This document shows, in pieces, positions 19,756 to 29,734 of a stretch of DNA of 64,000 bases. Made by a program: the position numbers and the translations under genes. The DNA is from a virus (Duplodnaviria > Caudoviricetes). How positions within the stretch are numbered: the first letter of the stretch is position 1; each line of letters starts with the position of its first letter. Location: IMG/VR virus record IMGVR_UViG_3300033146_000601, positions 1,621-65,620 of that record; one strand, written 5' to 3'. Under the pieces are notes generated by a model. It searched no databases. It saw only the letters and a program-made list of their open reading frames with translations, and was not told the DNA's origin.

Positions 19756-21723
19756 TTATATTAAATTCATACCATATCCAATTGCTGGTCTAAATATCGA
19801 AAACATCATAAATAATTTTTCAAATGTGTTCATTTTAGTAATTTGATTCAAAATTGTTGTGTCGTTAAAATCAACAACATCTCGGTGGTCAAATTGTTCG
19901 TTTCCAATTGATATTGCATATATAACATCATCAACATGTTCAGCCGGAGTATGTATTGTAGAAACATCAAATGCTCGTCGTCCTACTCTATTATATAATT
20001 GACTAGCATTTGCTGCTCCTAATTTTTTCATTTCTTGGCCATCAAATTTAAATATTGATGGGATGTACATATTTTTAACTTTAATATTCAATCCAATTCC
20101 AACAGCATCAGTTGCTAAAATAGTTCGTATTTTACCAGAACTAAATAAATTTACAACAATTTGTTGATCTAATGTTCCCTGTTTAAGTTCAGATTTTGAC
20201 ATACCAGGTTCGTCCATTCGAAAAACATATCCAAATCCATGCAATACAGCAGTTCGTAAAATTGAATTTGAAATCCGTTCAGCTCCTGGCATTTCTTTTG
20301 CTTTTTTAATCATATAACCACTATTAATTTTTAAATTTTGGGACACTTTATTATTAGTTCGTCTAAACGATGAAGTTGGCATAGCGCTAAATGATTTTTG
20401 TTGAATTACTCCATTATTAATATCTTTTGCAGAATAAACATTTCCTGAACTTAATTTTATAGCTTTTTCTATTAATTGTATAATTAATTTTTTATTAAAC
20501 AAAATAATTAAATTTGAATTTTCTTTTGGATTAATTAATAAATTAATTAATGTATTATTATCATTTATTCCATCATTTGCCAATACTGTAATTTTAGAAG
20601 CGTTTCCCTCATTACTTTTTAATATTTTAATTTCAAATCCCATATTTGCATTCACAAAATTAATAAAATTTTTTGCTGATATAGGATTAATTGTTCCACT
20701 TAATAATATTACATTTGTATCTTTATTTTTTTCATTAAACATTTTATAAATATTTTTTGCACTTGTTTCTGCATTATCTTGGGAATTATCGGGATCACTT
20801 TGAATTGTATGGGCTTCATCAATAATTATACTATCAATATGATTTATATTTTTAAATACTTTTTCATATGCAGTATCATGAACTGAAATAACAAATAATG
20901 AATTATTAATATTTGTAGGAGTATAAACTGCATTTGCTCTTTGTACTAAAACTTTATCAACATATTTTTTAATACCATTTGAAAGTTGATCAAGAACAAT
21001 ACGATCTAATTGTTTTATTTCATCTGTTATGCGATACATTGATTGTTCAATGTATTTATTTTGAGTAGTATCAAATTGGGTTTTTAAATGATCATATTGT
21101 TTATATAACCCATTTCTACGATTAATTTGGCCCTCAATATTAATTTTAATATTTCTAGTTATGAATTTCATAACAGCATCAAATGGATTAATATCCTTAT
21201 TTGTGTGTTTTTTTTTTGAATTTATTTTTTCTAGAGATTCATATTGTTGAATCATTGATAATGCTTCAAACAAAACTTGGTATAATATTTCACAAATTTC
21301 AGAATAAATTTGATCACATAAAGTTCGAGTTGGTACTGAATAAATGACAGTTGGTATTTGATCAGACTCAGTTAATATTAATTTAATTCTATTTATTAAA
21401 TTATAATAATATTGTATACTATTATTTCCCATATTATTTTGCATAGATGGGTTTATTTGCAATGTATTTTCTGCCCATGAATAAACAACAGGAGCAGTTT
21501 TTCCTGCTCCTGGAGCAGCAACAACATATATTGAATTGTTTTGTCTTAATGCTTTAATTATTTGGGTTTGCCAATCAGCAAATCGATATGTAAATAATTG
21601 TATCCCTTGTAAATTATTTGCCATTGCTCTATTTTGATGCAGTCCCATTGGTGGACGGACAGCATTAGCAGCTTGTGATTTATAATTTTGTATAAAACTT
21701 AAACTTTCACATAAATTTGACAT
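19756..21723 (-). CDS. SF2 DExH helicase (Ski2-like)
   Basis: APGAGKT, SVPTRTL, IIDEAH, LSGT, ATDAVGIGLN, QLYNRVGRR. Confidence 0.9.
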   Translation of the reverse strand: MSNLCESLSFIQNYKSQAANAVRPPMGLHQNRAMANNLQGIQLFTYRFADWQTQIIKALRQNNSIYVVAAPGAGKTAPVVYSWAENTLQINPSMQNNMGNNSIQYYYNLINRIKLILTESDQIPTVIYSVPTRTLCDQIYSEICEILYQVLFEALSMIQQYESLEKINSKKKHTNKDINPFDAVMKFITRNIKINIEGQINRRNGLYKQYDHLKTQFDTTQNKYIEQSMYRITDEIKQLDRIVLDQLSNGIKKYVDKVLVQRANAVYTPTNINNSLFVISVHDTAYEKVFKNINHIDSIIIDEAHTIQSDPDNSQDNAETSAKNIYKMFNEKNKDTNVILLSGTINPISAKNFINFVNANMGFEIKILKSNEGNASKITVLANDGINDNNTLINLLINPKENSNLIILFNKKLIIQLIEKAIKLSSGNVYSAKDINNGVIQQKSFSAMPTSSFRRTNNKVSQNLKINSGYMIKKAKEMPGAERISNSILRTAVLHGFGYVFRMDEPGMSKSELKQGTLDQQIVVNLFSSGKIRTILATDAVGIGLNIKVKNMYIPSIFKFDGQEMKKLGAANASQLYNRVGRRAFDVSTIHTPAEHVDDVIYAISIGNEQFDHRDVVDFNDTTILNQITKMNTFEKLFMMFSIFRPAIGYGMNLI

Positions 21724-21748
21724 AAGTTACCCTATGGTTAATGTTAAT

Positions 21749-21780
21749 ATTTAAAAATTTTAGATAGAAATTATATAAAT
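21749..21780 (+). promoter_or_regulatory. Phage promoter driving candidate ncRNA 1
   Basis: ATTT-N11-ATAGAAATTATATAAAT on the plus strand with no credible ORF downstream. Confidence 0.65.
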
Positions 21781-22058
21781 AAGAAATGTATTGTGAGGGA
21801 ACCACTCAGCGAAAGCTGAACCCTTCAGTACATTTTGATGGATGCCGTGTTACTTTTAAGGACACGGGGTATATTAAATTGATGAGAATAGATGTTGAAA
21901 TCTATTGTACGCTCAGAAAATTTGGTATATTATCAGAGTTGAGAAGCTATTCTCACGGTACGATGTAATTTATTACACGTATTCAAAGGTTGTATATTTG
22001 TCTGATCTCGGATTTTCCCAACGTTCGCGAACAGCGGCTAGTAAGGAATTTCTTGTTT
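21781..22058 (+). ncRNA. Candidate structured ncRNA 1 (~275 nt)
   Basis: GC-enriched; 5'/3' ends pair (AAGAAAT/ATTTCTT); stems TGTATTG/CAGTACA, TCAGC-GAAA-GCTGA, CCGTGTT/GACACGG, AATAGA/TCTATT, TGAGAA/TTCTCA, ATCAGA/TCTGAT; U-rich 3' tract. Confidence 0.65.
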
Positions 22059-22069
22059 GTTTCTTTTTT

Positions 22070-23362
22070 TTATTTTTTTGTTGCCGAATAAATAATAATA
22101 GCGGCATCATGCTCTAATGAATAATTAATAGATTGATTAACTGCTGATTTCCACTGACTTTTTGTTTGGCTTGGGTTTAATTGTTCATAAGCTTGTTTAA
22201 TACTTTCATTAGTTAATAATGAATATATTGCCATAGTATCACCATCGAAATCTGCACCACATCGAACACAATCTAATGGATTAATTCCCATAACACTATT
22301 AGTATCTTTAACAATAGGTTGGGCAGACATATAACTTTCACGATTTTCAACTGGATCTCGTTTATATAAAACTTGTTTTCCAACAAGAATTTCATTTAAT
22401 GATTCTATTAATTGTTCTTTAAACATCGCAGGAACACTTTCAGGTTCATCATATATCATCGAAATAAAATTAGTTATTGTTTTATTGGTTACATCATCAA
22501 CCCCCATAAAATCTTGAATTTGATCTAACATAGTTTTATGTTTAAATGCATAATGAATAAAAAAAGGTTCAAACAACTTTAACAATATATGCCAAGAAAT
22601 TCCAACTTCTCCTAAATTTAAATTCATATCTTGTGCAATTACTAATCGAGCACTAAAATCTAGTACTTTTTTCATAATCCCACCACGAATCATTCCATAT
22701 TTACCTTTAAGTAATTCTTTAATTTGTTTATTAATATTAATTAATAATTTTTGAGCATTTTCATATAATTCTTGTGTCAAATTGGGATCTAATAATTCAA
22801 CATCTGTTGGTAATATTTGAATATAATTGATAAGTCTAGTATATAAAACATTAATTTCAGAATATTGTATTTGTGTTTTATTTTCTTTAATTATAATATC
22901 ACGCAATCCAGCTGGCATTACAATATATTTAGTGATAAAAATCTTTGATTTATTATCTTTTAAATATTTAATATTTTTAATATTTTTATCACCAAAAGAA
23001 TCAAAATTAATCTTATCAAAATTTTGAATAAAAAAAACAATGCCAGATTCACCAGTTTCATCTTCTATTAATTCACCGGAATCAGTTATTGTATATTTGG
23101 TTTTGTTTAAAATTAATTTTGTTAATGATGGATGCACGGATAATGCGATTGGATAAGCTTCAGGATGTATAAATGGTAAATATAAATCAATATATCCAAA
23201 TGTAGATTTTCTATTACGACTACCTAATTGCCCGAAAATTGATTCTGAAAATAATCCTTTAGGGTCAAATTGTCTCGCACTTGTATAATATTTTGAACTT
23301 TCAACAGGGTTTATATTTTTATCAGTAATGAATCTATTAATATCCAATAATGTAAACTTCAA
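22070..23362 (-). CDS. RNA polymerase A, beta' N-terminal half (catalytic)
   Basis: GLFSESIFG, FGYIDL, VMPAGLR, KGKYGMIRGGIMKKVLDFSARLVI, KRDP, catalytic GADFDGD; TTG start. Confidence 0.92.
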   Translation of the reverse strand: MKFTLLDINRFITDKNINPVESSKYYTSARQFDPKGLFSESIFGQLGSRNRKSTFGYIDLYLPFIHPEAYPIALSVHPSLTKLILNKTKYTITDSGELIEDETGESGIVFFIQNFDKINFDSFGDKNIKNIKYLKDNKSKIFITKYIVMPAGLRDIIIKENKTQIQYSEINVLYTRLINYIQILPTDVELLDPNLTQELYENAQKLLININKQIKELLKGKYGMIRGGIMKKVLDFSARLVIAQDMNLNLGEVGISWHILLKLFEPFFIHYAFKHKTMLDQIQDFMGVDDVTNKTITNFISMIYDEPESVPAMFKEQLIESLNEILVGKQVLYKRDPVENRESYMSAQPIVKDTNSVMGINPLDCVRCGADFDGDTMAIYSLLTNESIKQAYEQLNPSQTKSQWKSAVNQSINYSLEHDAAIIIYSATKK

Positions 23363-23415
23363 TTGGAACCCCTTCCAATCGGAATCTAATTAAAGATTCC
23401 GATCAAATTATTTTT

Positions 23416-24333
23416 TTACTTGATGAATTTAATTAACCAACTCGTAAGTTTTGCCGTATAATCAAAAATTTCAATATCTTGACCACGTGTAACATTATAT
23501 TTTGGGTATTGCTTATTAAAATCAAATCGAACATCTTCAATATATAAATTAATATATCGTTGAATATCGCTTGTTTTTTTAATAATTCCATATTTATTAA
23601 ATATTTTATGTATCCTATCTTCAATTATAAATTTTGAATTATTATGTCTCCAATATGATACAATTGGACAATTTTTTGGAGGAGGGGTTATATCGTCTTG
23701 AACTTGTTTTGAATTAAATTTAGATTGTTTTTTCTTTAAAATTAAACGTTTTTTACCCAAATATAATTCACTATTATAAGGTTTAATAACACACCCGTAT
23801 ATTGGATTATGTTTAACTGAAATCACACTTGTATTTAATTTTTCAATATTATATTTTAAAGCATTAGTTAATGAAATATTATAATTAAAAATTGGAGCCA
23901 TTTTTAAATTAATTTCATGTAAAAATTGAATTAATTTCTTAGCTGGCATAAAATTATTATTTTCAAATACATCATGAATCATTAATGTATTTCGTCCATA
24001 TTTAACTTTGCGATTAATTGAATTTCCAATAAGAACTCCATATAAAATATAAATTGTATTTGTTGCAGTACTATGCTGTTTAATTAAATTAAACATATTC
24101 GAATTAATTATTGTTTGATAATTATGATATGGTTCATCATTTAATAAATATTTGTCTCTAGTACCATATAAAATTTCATTATTTGGAAAAATAGACACTT
24201 GGAAACTTCTTCCTAATAATTTTTCCATCATTATACATTTAATTGAATTACTATTATATCTATTATTAAATGCAGTAATAATATGATTATTTGTTGTTCG
24301 TTCAATATGATCGAATCTATAAAATTTATACAT
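23416..24333 (-). CDS. RNA ligase 2 (Rnl2)-like protein with degenerate motifs
   Basis: EKLLGRSF (motif I), YGVLIG (III), HDV (IIIa), YGCVIKP (IV), LKKKQSKF (V); likely start MYKFY. Confidence 0.7.
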   Translation of the reverse strand: MYKFYRFDHIERTTNNHIITAFNNRYNSNSIKCIMMEKLLGRSFQVSIFPNNEILYGTRDKYLLNDEPYHNYQTIINSNMFNLIKQHSTATNTIYILYGVLIGNSINRKVKYGRNTLMIHDVFENNNFMPAKKLIQFLHEINLKMAPIFNYNISLTNALKYNIEKLNTSVISVKHNPIYGCVIKPYNSELYLGKKRLILKKKQSKFNSKQVQDDITPPPKNCPIVSYWRHNNSKFIIEDRIHKIFNKYGIIKKTSDIQRYINLYIEDVRFDFNKQYPKYNVTRGQDIEIFDYTAKLTSWLIKFIK

Positions 24334-24352
24334 AATTTTTTCTTTCAATAAA

Positions 24353-25096
24353 TTATTTAGATATTTCTGAAGTATCTTTTTCAAAAACATCAACATGTAT
24401 TCTAGGAGAATATCGATATCCATAAGATTTGCAGAATTCAATTGTATCTAAACAATTGTGTTTATAATGTTTTTTAAAATTTTCTGAATTTAAAGATGGA
24501 GTCATTGGCATAAAAAATAATTTAGATTTATCTTCTATTGATAGACAAAAATTTATTATATCATTTTTATATTTTTCACAATAAATTAATTTATAAATAA
24601 AATTCACATGATAAAATGATAATTTTTCATATAATTCGTTATACATAAAAATTAATTTATTAATTGACATTTCATATTCACTAACATAACAATTAATATC
24701 TAATTTAGGAGATATATTTAATTGTATTTGTTTATTATCAGCTGAATCCAAAATAAATTTATTAGCAATATCGAATCCATTTGTTTCAAATTCAATAATA
24801 TCAAATATTGATTTAAAATTTGATATTAATAAGTTGATTAATTCTTGTTGAATAAATGGTTCCCCTCCAGTAATCATTAAATGTTTTATATTTGGATATT
24901 TATATAAATTTTCATATATCATTCGTTCAATATCTGCAAACTCATATTGATGATTTTTCTTTTGAGATATAGAATATTTAGAATCACAAAATGGACATTT
25001 TAAATTACAACCTTCGAATCGAATCAATAATGATGGGTGACCAACTAATGGCCCTTCTCCTTGAACAGTTGGAATTATTTGATTAATATAATACAT
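24353..25096 (-). CDS. queE: 7-carboxy-7-deazaguanine synthase (radical SAM)
   Basis: TVQGEG, IRFEGCNLKCPFCDS, ITGGEP, ETNG, SPK, YSPRIH. Confidence 0.93.
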   Translation of the reverse strand: MYYINQIIPTVQGEGPLVGHPSLLIRFEGCNLKCPFCDSKYSISQKKNHQYEFADIERMIYENLYKYPNIKHLMITGGEPFIQQELINLLISNFKSIFDIIEFETNGFDIANKFILDSADNKQIQLNISPKLDINCYVSEYEMSINKLIFMYNELYEKLSFYHVNFIYKLIYCEKYKNDIINFCLSIEDKSKLFFMPMTPSLNSENFKKHYKHNCLDTIEFCKSYGYRYSPRIHVDVFEKDTSEISK

Positions 25097-25105
25097 TTTT
25101 CTCCT

Positions 25106-26386
25106 TTAAAATAAATCTCCTGGAAATCCAATATCTTTAGCAAATAAAGACACACCTCGATCTAACCGATCTACATCTGCACCATCCATATAGGCATAAT
25201 GGAAAGAACTTATATAGAAAAAACAATTTAAAATTCGACTACATGTGTTTTTATTAAACACTTTTGGATAATCTTTATTAATATTAAATAATAATATTTT
25301 TAATTTATTACGAAATTGGTTATTTCCATGAGAAATGAATAAATTTAATATGTCATATTGATCAATTACTTTATTCATAATCTCATCAATAATATATTCA
25401 TAAATGACATGTATTAATGAATATAATTTAGGATTTGTTAAATTTTCATTATTTTTAATATGATTGAAATCCTTTTCAATTATCGAATATAGGTGTTCAT
25501 TTGGAATAAATGTTTTTAATTGATTAATATCTGTGATAAGATCAAAAATTGGAAGTTCTCTAATTTTATATAAAGCAGTAACAGTGTAATTAATAGTATC
25601 AAATGTAATATTAACAGATTCTTTTTTATTTTTAAAATATACTTTATTAAATAATTTATCTAAAAACAACATAACAAATCTATCATATCTATGATACACA
25701 CCCAAAACATGTAATATTGATTCAGATTCTAAATTATTAGTTTCTATCATTTTTGCAATTTTAAAGGCTTGTCCAATAAATGGTGAAAATTTAATACCTG
25801 TTATACCTCTTAAACTAACCAATCCACCAATTGAAAAATGTTTTAGTGATGATTTTTTCCAAATATCATTATACATTTCATTCCATATTTGTTGTTGTTT
25901 TTTAATTTTAAAATGGGTAACAAATATAAATTTTTCATATAATTCTGGATTTGCATCTAATATTTTTTTTGTTTCAATACAAGATTGATAATTTAATCGT
26001 TTAATATTATCAAATGTATTATGTTTTGGTTCATTTAAAAATATTGGAATATCTAATGATAATATATGATTAAATGTGTTATGATATTTTTCAATAAAAT
26101 ATACATAACATTCAATAAATTTTGTAATATTTCGAAAAGGAATGTCTCCTGTTATAATTGAATATCCACCACTATCTATAATTAATTTTTCATCTGGATA
26201 TAAATTATTATAAAATTTTTCAATTTTATTAATATTATTATCTATTGTATTATATCCAAAATTAGATCCTTCACTAAAGAAATTATATAATGAATATAAA
26301 TATTTTTTAACATAAATTTGTAGTATTTGTTTGTCTGGTCCGCGTTCAAAAACAGCCCCAGTTGTATGGATATAATTATAACTCAA
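25106..26386 (-). CDS. TGT-fold transglycosylase, probable DNA-modifying DpdA
   Basis: IIDSGGYS, SLDIP, FSIGGLV, LHVLGV, TFDT motifs; adjacent to queE; no tRNA-TGT zinc motif. Confidence 0.8.
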   Translation of the reverse strand: MSYNYIHTTGAVFERGPDKQILQIYVKKYLYSLYNFFSEGSNFGYNTIDNNINKIEKFYNNLYPDEKLIIDSGGYSIITGDIPFRNITKFIECYVYFIEKYHNTFNHILSLDIPIFLNEPKHNTFDNIKRLNYQSCIETKKILDANPELYEKFIFVTHFKIKKQQQIWNEMYNDIWKKSSLKHFSIGGLVSLRGITGIKFSPFIGQAFKIAKMIETNNLESESILHVLGVYHRYDRFVMLFLDKLFNKVYFKNKKESVNITFDTINYTVTALYKIRELPIFDLITDINQLKTFIPNEHLYSIIEKDFNHIKNNENLTNPKLYSLIHVIYEYIIDEIMNKVIDQYDILNLFISHGNNQFRNKLKILLFNINKDYPKVFNKNTCSRILNCFFYISSFHYAYMDGADVDRLDRGVSLFAKDIGFPGDLF

Positions 26387-26402
26387 CTATAAATTCTCCT
26401 TA

Positions 26403-27098
26403 TTATTTAATTTGACAAATTTTAGTTGTATGAGGTGTTAATATAAAATCTTTTGGCCACACATCTAATTCATGATCAGAAAAGTTTATTTTATATCCAG
26501 CATATTTACAAGCAAATGATATAATCGTTGAACAAATTAATGGTTCTTTATAATCTTCTACATTTGCTTTAGATAATTTACTAAAAAATGGTATAAATTT
26601 TCTAGAAACAAATCTATCCCAAGCACTTTTAAGTAATCCAATAGTATCATAGTCCATACCAAGTCTTAAATAAATATAATGTATTACTTTTTTTTGTTTT
26701 TCTTTAGTAGAATCTTTAATACGAATTAAACATGCACGATCCATACGATCTAAAACTGCTGCAAAATTATCAATCCCAACTTGCGTTGCATTTTTACTAT
26801 CTGGACCAGTTACACCATATCCAATTACTTGTTTTTTTGACATAATTAATTTACTTGATGTATATGGGGATCCTTGAGCTTTTGCTAAAAAATTTGAAAA
26901 TAATCCAGCATCTTTTAAATAAGAAACCATAATATCTCCAGGTTTACTTTGTTTTATAAATTCAGGTCTACTAACCACTGGAACATCATCCATAATGGTA
27001 TTAATTATAGACTCTTCTAATAATATTTGTTCTTGCATTTCTAATATAGTATTTATATTATTATTTTCGTAATTAACTTCAAAAATTGATTTATACAT
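26403..27098 (-). CDS. Permuted papain-like (YiiX/YaeF) protein
   Basis: KPGDIMV, GMDYD, LICSTII, WPKD; expected catalytic His position reads YTSS. Confidence 0.65.
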   Translation of the reverse strand: MYKSIFEVNYENNNINTILEMQEQILLEESIINTIMDDVPVVSRPEFIKQSKPGDIMVSYLKDAGLFSNFLAKAQGSPYTSSKLIMSKKQVIGYGVTGPDSKNATQVGIDNFAAVLDRMDRACLIRIKDSTKEKQKKVIHYIYLRLGMDYDTIGLLKSAWDRFVSRKFIPFFSKLSKANVEDYKEPLICSTIISFACKYAGYKINFSDHELDVWPKDFILTPHTTKICQIK

Positions 27099-27102
27099 AA
27101 AA

Positions 27103-27666
27103 TTAATTCCTATTTAATTGTTCACGTTTTGTGACCCATTTTGAATCTAATTCATCAAAAAATTTAGATTTTTCAGCTTTGTCTTTTAAGTCTGAAAACT
27201 TATTAATATTATATTTTTTCATAGTATCTTTAACAATCTTATCGTATTCAGATTTGTTTTCAGGTATAGTAGATTCTTCAATATTAAAAAATAAAGATAA
27301 ATCATTAATATCAATGACGGTTTCCCCAATATTAATATTAATTTTTTCGGTACAATTATGTTTTTTAGCTAATTCTATTGCTTTTTTTTCAATATCCTTT
27401 TGATGATGTTGTTTACTTCTTGCAATTGCCGCACTAATTAATCGACAATCAATCTTATATGATATAGGATTATATATTGGGTATTTTAAATTTGTCGGAT
27501 CAATAAATGCCTCAGATCCTAATTTATCTAACATTTTTTGTCTAGTTTCTATTTTGGATAAAGATTTATGAACCACATCTGGAATTGATTTTTTTACAGC
27601 TTCTGTAACTGTTTCAAATAAATATGATTCAGAAATAATATTTTCATCTAATATAACATTAGGCAT
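27103..27666 (-). CDS. Hypothetical protein, probably virion-associated
   Basis: N-terminal I/L-x-E motifs resembling prohead-protease sites. Confidence 0.55.
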   Translation of the reverse strand: MPNVILDENIISESYLFETVTEAVKKSIPDVVHKSLSKIETRQKMLDKLGSEAFIDPTNLKYPIYNPISYKIDCRLISAAIARSKQHHQKDIEKKAIELAKKHNCTEKININIGETVIDINDLSLFFNIEESTIPENKSEYDKIVKDTMKKYNINKFSDLKDKAEKSKFFDELDSKWVTKREQLNRN

Positions 27667-27691
27667 AATAATTTCCTTTAAAAAAATAATC

Positions 27692-27729
27692 AGTTTGATC
27701 TTTTATAAATTAATATAAAAGATCAAACT
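27692..27729. terminator. Intrinsic terminator
   Basis: AGTTTGATCTTTTATA/TATAAAAGATCAAACT stem with AATTAA loop. Confidence 0.75.
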
Positions 27730-27746
27730 AAAATCCATTTATTTAA

Positions 27747-28538
27747 TTAAAATGGGTTATCATCTCCAAATGGAGATGGAGTAGATGGTTGTTGAGACTG
27801 AGCCTGTTGTAAAGGTTGGGGTTGGGGGGCTTGTTGAGGCTGAGTCTGTTGTTGAGGTTGTTGAGGTTGATATTGTTGGGGTTGGGGGGCTTGTTGAGGC
27901 TGTGGTTGATATTGATATTGTTGTTGCTGCTGCTGAGATTGATATTGTTGGGGTTGGGGGGCTTGTTGAGCTTGAGGAGTTTGTACATTTCCAATTGAAA
28001 TGTTTTTGTCTGCAAATTCAAGTTTAAGTGCATTGTCTCCTACAAAATCCATTATTCGTGAAACTGCTAACGCTTCAGAGGGTGAGAAAAATACACTAAT
28101 TGCTTTGTTTTGTCCTTGTTTCATAGAAATTGTTACATTTTTTTTAGCTTGATTAGTAGTTTTATCCTGGGTTTCAAATTCAGAAACAAATGCCATTTTA
28201 ATTCCTACATTTGCTCCTCCATATCCAGATTTGGATGAATCAGCAAATATTTGGAATGCACTTGTTTTAGAATCCGCACCACTAGCAACAGCTTTTAATG
28301 AATTTGATAGAGCAAAAACTTTCACAATATCAGCTTTGATTGTTATTTTTCCATTCTTATCAAATGTACGTTGTCCATTATCTCCTTGTACTCCTGGTGT
28401 TACCGACAAAAACATAAAATATTTAGGTTTATAAAATGGTAAATTAGGGTCAGTGTCTTTAACCAATGAAATTTCAAATAGGTTTTGTGCAGGGAACGAT
28501 TTACTAAACACTGGTTGTAGCGAGCTATTTTGAGCCAT
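27747..28538 (-). CDS. Probable ssDNA-binding protein (Whirly/PC4-like) with Q/P-rich linker and DDNPF tail
   Basis: Pattern similarity to Whirly by eye; SSB-like acidic-aromatic C-terminus; RBS AAGGAG. Confidence 0.6.
   Translation of the reverse strand: MAQNSSLQPVFSKSFPAQNLFEISLVKDTDPNLPFYKPKYFMFLSVTPGVQGDNGQRTFDKNGKITIKADIVKVFALSNSLKAVASGADSKTSAFQIFADSSKSGYGGANVGIKMAFVSEFETQDKTTNQAKKNVTISMKQGQNKAISVFFSPSEALAVSRIMDFVGDNALKLEFADKNISIGNVQTPQAQQAPQPQQYQSQQQQQQYQYQPQPQQAPQPQQYQPQQPQQQTQPQQAPQPQPLQQAQSQQPSTPSPFGDDNPF
27785..27980. repeat. Coding tandem repeat (QQAPQPQ x3)
   Basis: TTGGGGTTGGGGGGCTTGTTGAG occurs three times. Confidence 0.85.
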
Positions 28539-28567
28539 GTGATTAACTTCTCCTTATTTAATAAAAT

Positions 28568-29326
28568 TTAATTAGACCAATATATAAAATGATCTGGGGG
28601 GATATTCTCAAGATCTTGTTTGATTTTTTCCATCTCTTGTTTTGAATCAGATTCTAATTTATTCCAATTCATTTTCATTATCCCCATTGGGGTTTCAATT
28701 GATTCATATTTAGATCTTAATGCTGAAATCCAACGTTTAACAAATGCTAAACATAATGGTTTAAATAATCTATGAAAATAATCTGGTAATATAGTAGTTA
28801 CATCTTTATGTGATACATTATATATTATAACCCCATTTAGAATTTCTTCGTCAAACATTATTTTATTTGGCATAGAAAATTCCCAAGTATTTTTAACAGA
28901 CATCGATTCAATTATATCAGAATATTGATTATTAATAGCAACATCAACTAATCCTTCACCAAATGTATTACTTACACCTTGTCCAAACACATTAGTTGAA
29001 TCCATTAAATTACCAGATGCATATTTAGTTCCATAAAATAAATCACTATTATTTTGAACATATGCATCTAACACATCAATAATATATTCTTCTGGATCAG
29101 AAGGTATAATATATGTCCATTGATTTTGTCCAGAATCTAAAACATGATTAATTTTTTGATCTGGTCCGATAATACAATATTTATTATTAGGTGAGTATTG
29201 AGAATAAAATGGAAGAATATCTTCATTAATTCCATCTATTATTTCTTGTTCAGACATCTCTAATAGATTTAATTTAGATCCCATCTCACGTTTGATATAT
29301 GATAAAATATTATTATATGTTTGCAT
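28568..29326 (-). CDS. Neck / head-completion protein (T4 gp13-like)
   Basis: YIKREMG...LEMSEQEIIDGI...FYSQY and LAFVKRW...SKY....TPMG..MNW match the gp13 pattern. Confidence 0.7.
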   Translation of the reverse strand: MQTYNNILSYIKREMGSKLNLLEMSEQEIIDGINEDILPFYSQYSPNNKYCIIGPDQKINHVLDSGQNQWTYIIPSDPEEYIIDVLDAYVQNNSDLFYGTKYASGNLMDSTNVFGQGVSNTFGEGLVDVAINNQYSDIIESMSVKNTWEFSMPNKIMFDEEILNGVIIYNVSHKDVTTILPDYFHRLFKPLCLAFVKRWISALRSKYESIETPMGIMKMNWNKLESDSKQEMEKIKQDLENIPPDHFIYWSN

Positions 29327-29722
29327 CTAATCCCCTCGTTCAATTTCATCCATAAACTGATCAATAAATGGAATAAATTTATCACTAATTGTTCGAATTT
29401 TAATTCCTCCTTCTTTATTATCTAGATAATCCATCAAATCCGAATTAGTTTCTTTATAAAAAACATTCATTTGATTTTCTACAATTTTATTAAATGCAGT
29501 ATCTGTCGGTTTAATGGGAACAATATGCAAATCATATCCTAATGAGTCAATCATCCTAGTTAATGGTTTAATACCTAAATCAGTATCATCGATAAATTTT
29601 GTAAATTGTGGATTAAATGATTTCCCTAATGTTACCTCTGTAATTGATGATTTAGTAAAACCATCATTTATTAATTTGACAAACATTTCTCTCAAACAAG
29701 CATTCAATTGACTAATTTCCAT
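29327..29722 (-). CDS. Putative HTH DNA-binding protein
   Basis: XRE-like pattern ending LTRMIDSLGYDLHIV. Confidence 0.5.
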   Translation of the reverse strand: MEISQLNACLREMFVKLINDGFTKSSITEVTLGKSFNPQFTKFIDDTDLGIKPLTRMIDSLGYDLHIVPIKPTDTAFNKIVENQMNVFYKETNSDLMDYLDNKEGGIKIRTISDKFIPFIDQFMDEIERGD

Positions 29723-29734
29723 TGTTAAGTTCCC

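Noticed and set aside
21781-22058. tRNA, tmRNA, RNase P, hammerhead or group I intron identity for ncRNA 1
   Set aside because: No T-loop/CCA end, no GAGGAAAGUCC, TTGATGAG...GAAA does not form the CUGANGA core, and no interrupted gene.
21786-22117. Plus-strand ORFs of 60 and 70 aa
   Set aside because: No RBS and no protein-like motifs; better explained as structured RNA, though a leaderless peptide is not excluded.
27743-28033. Alternative-frame and antisense ORFs over the Q/P repeat
   Set aside because: By-products of the low-complexity coding repeat.
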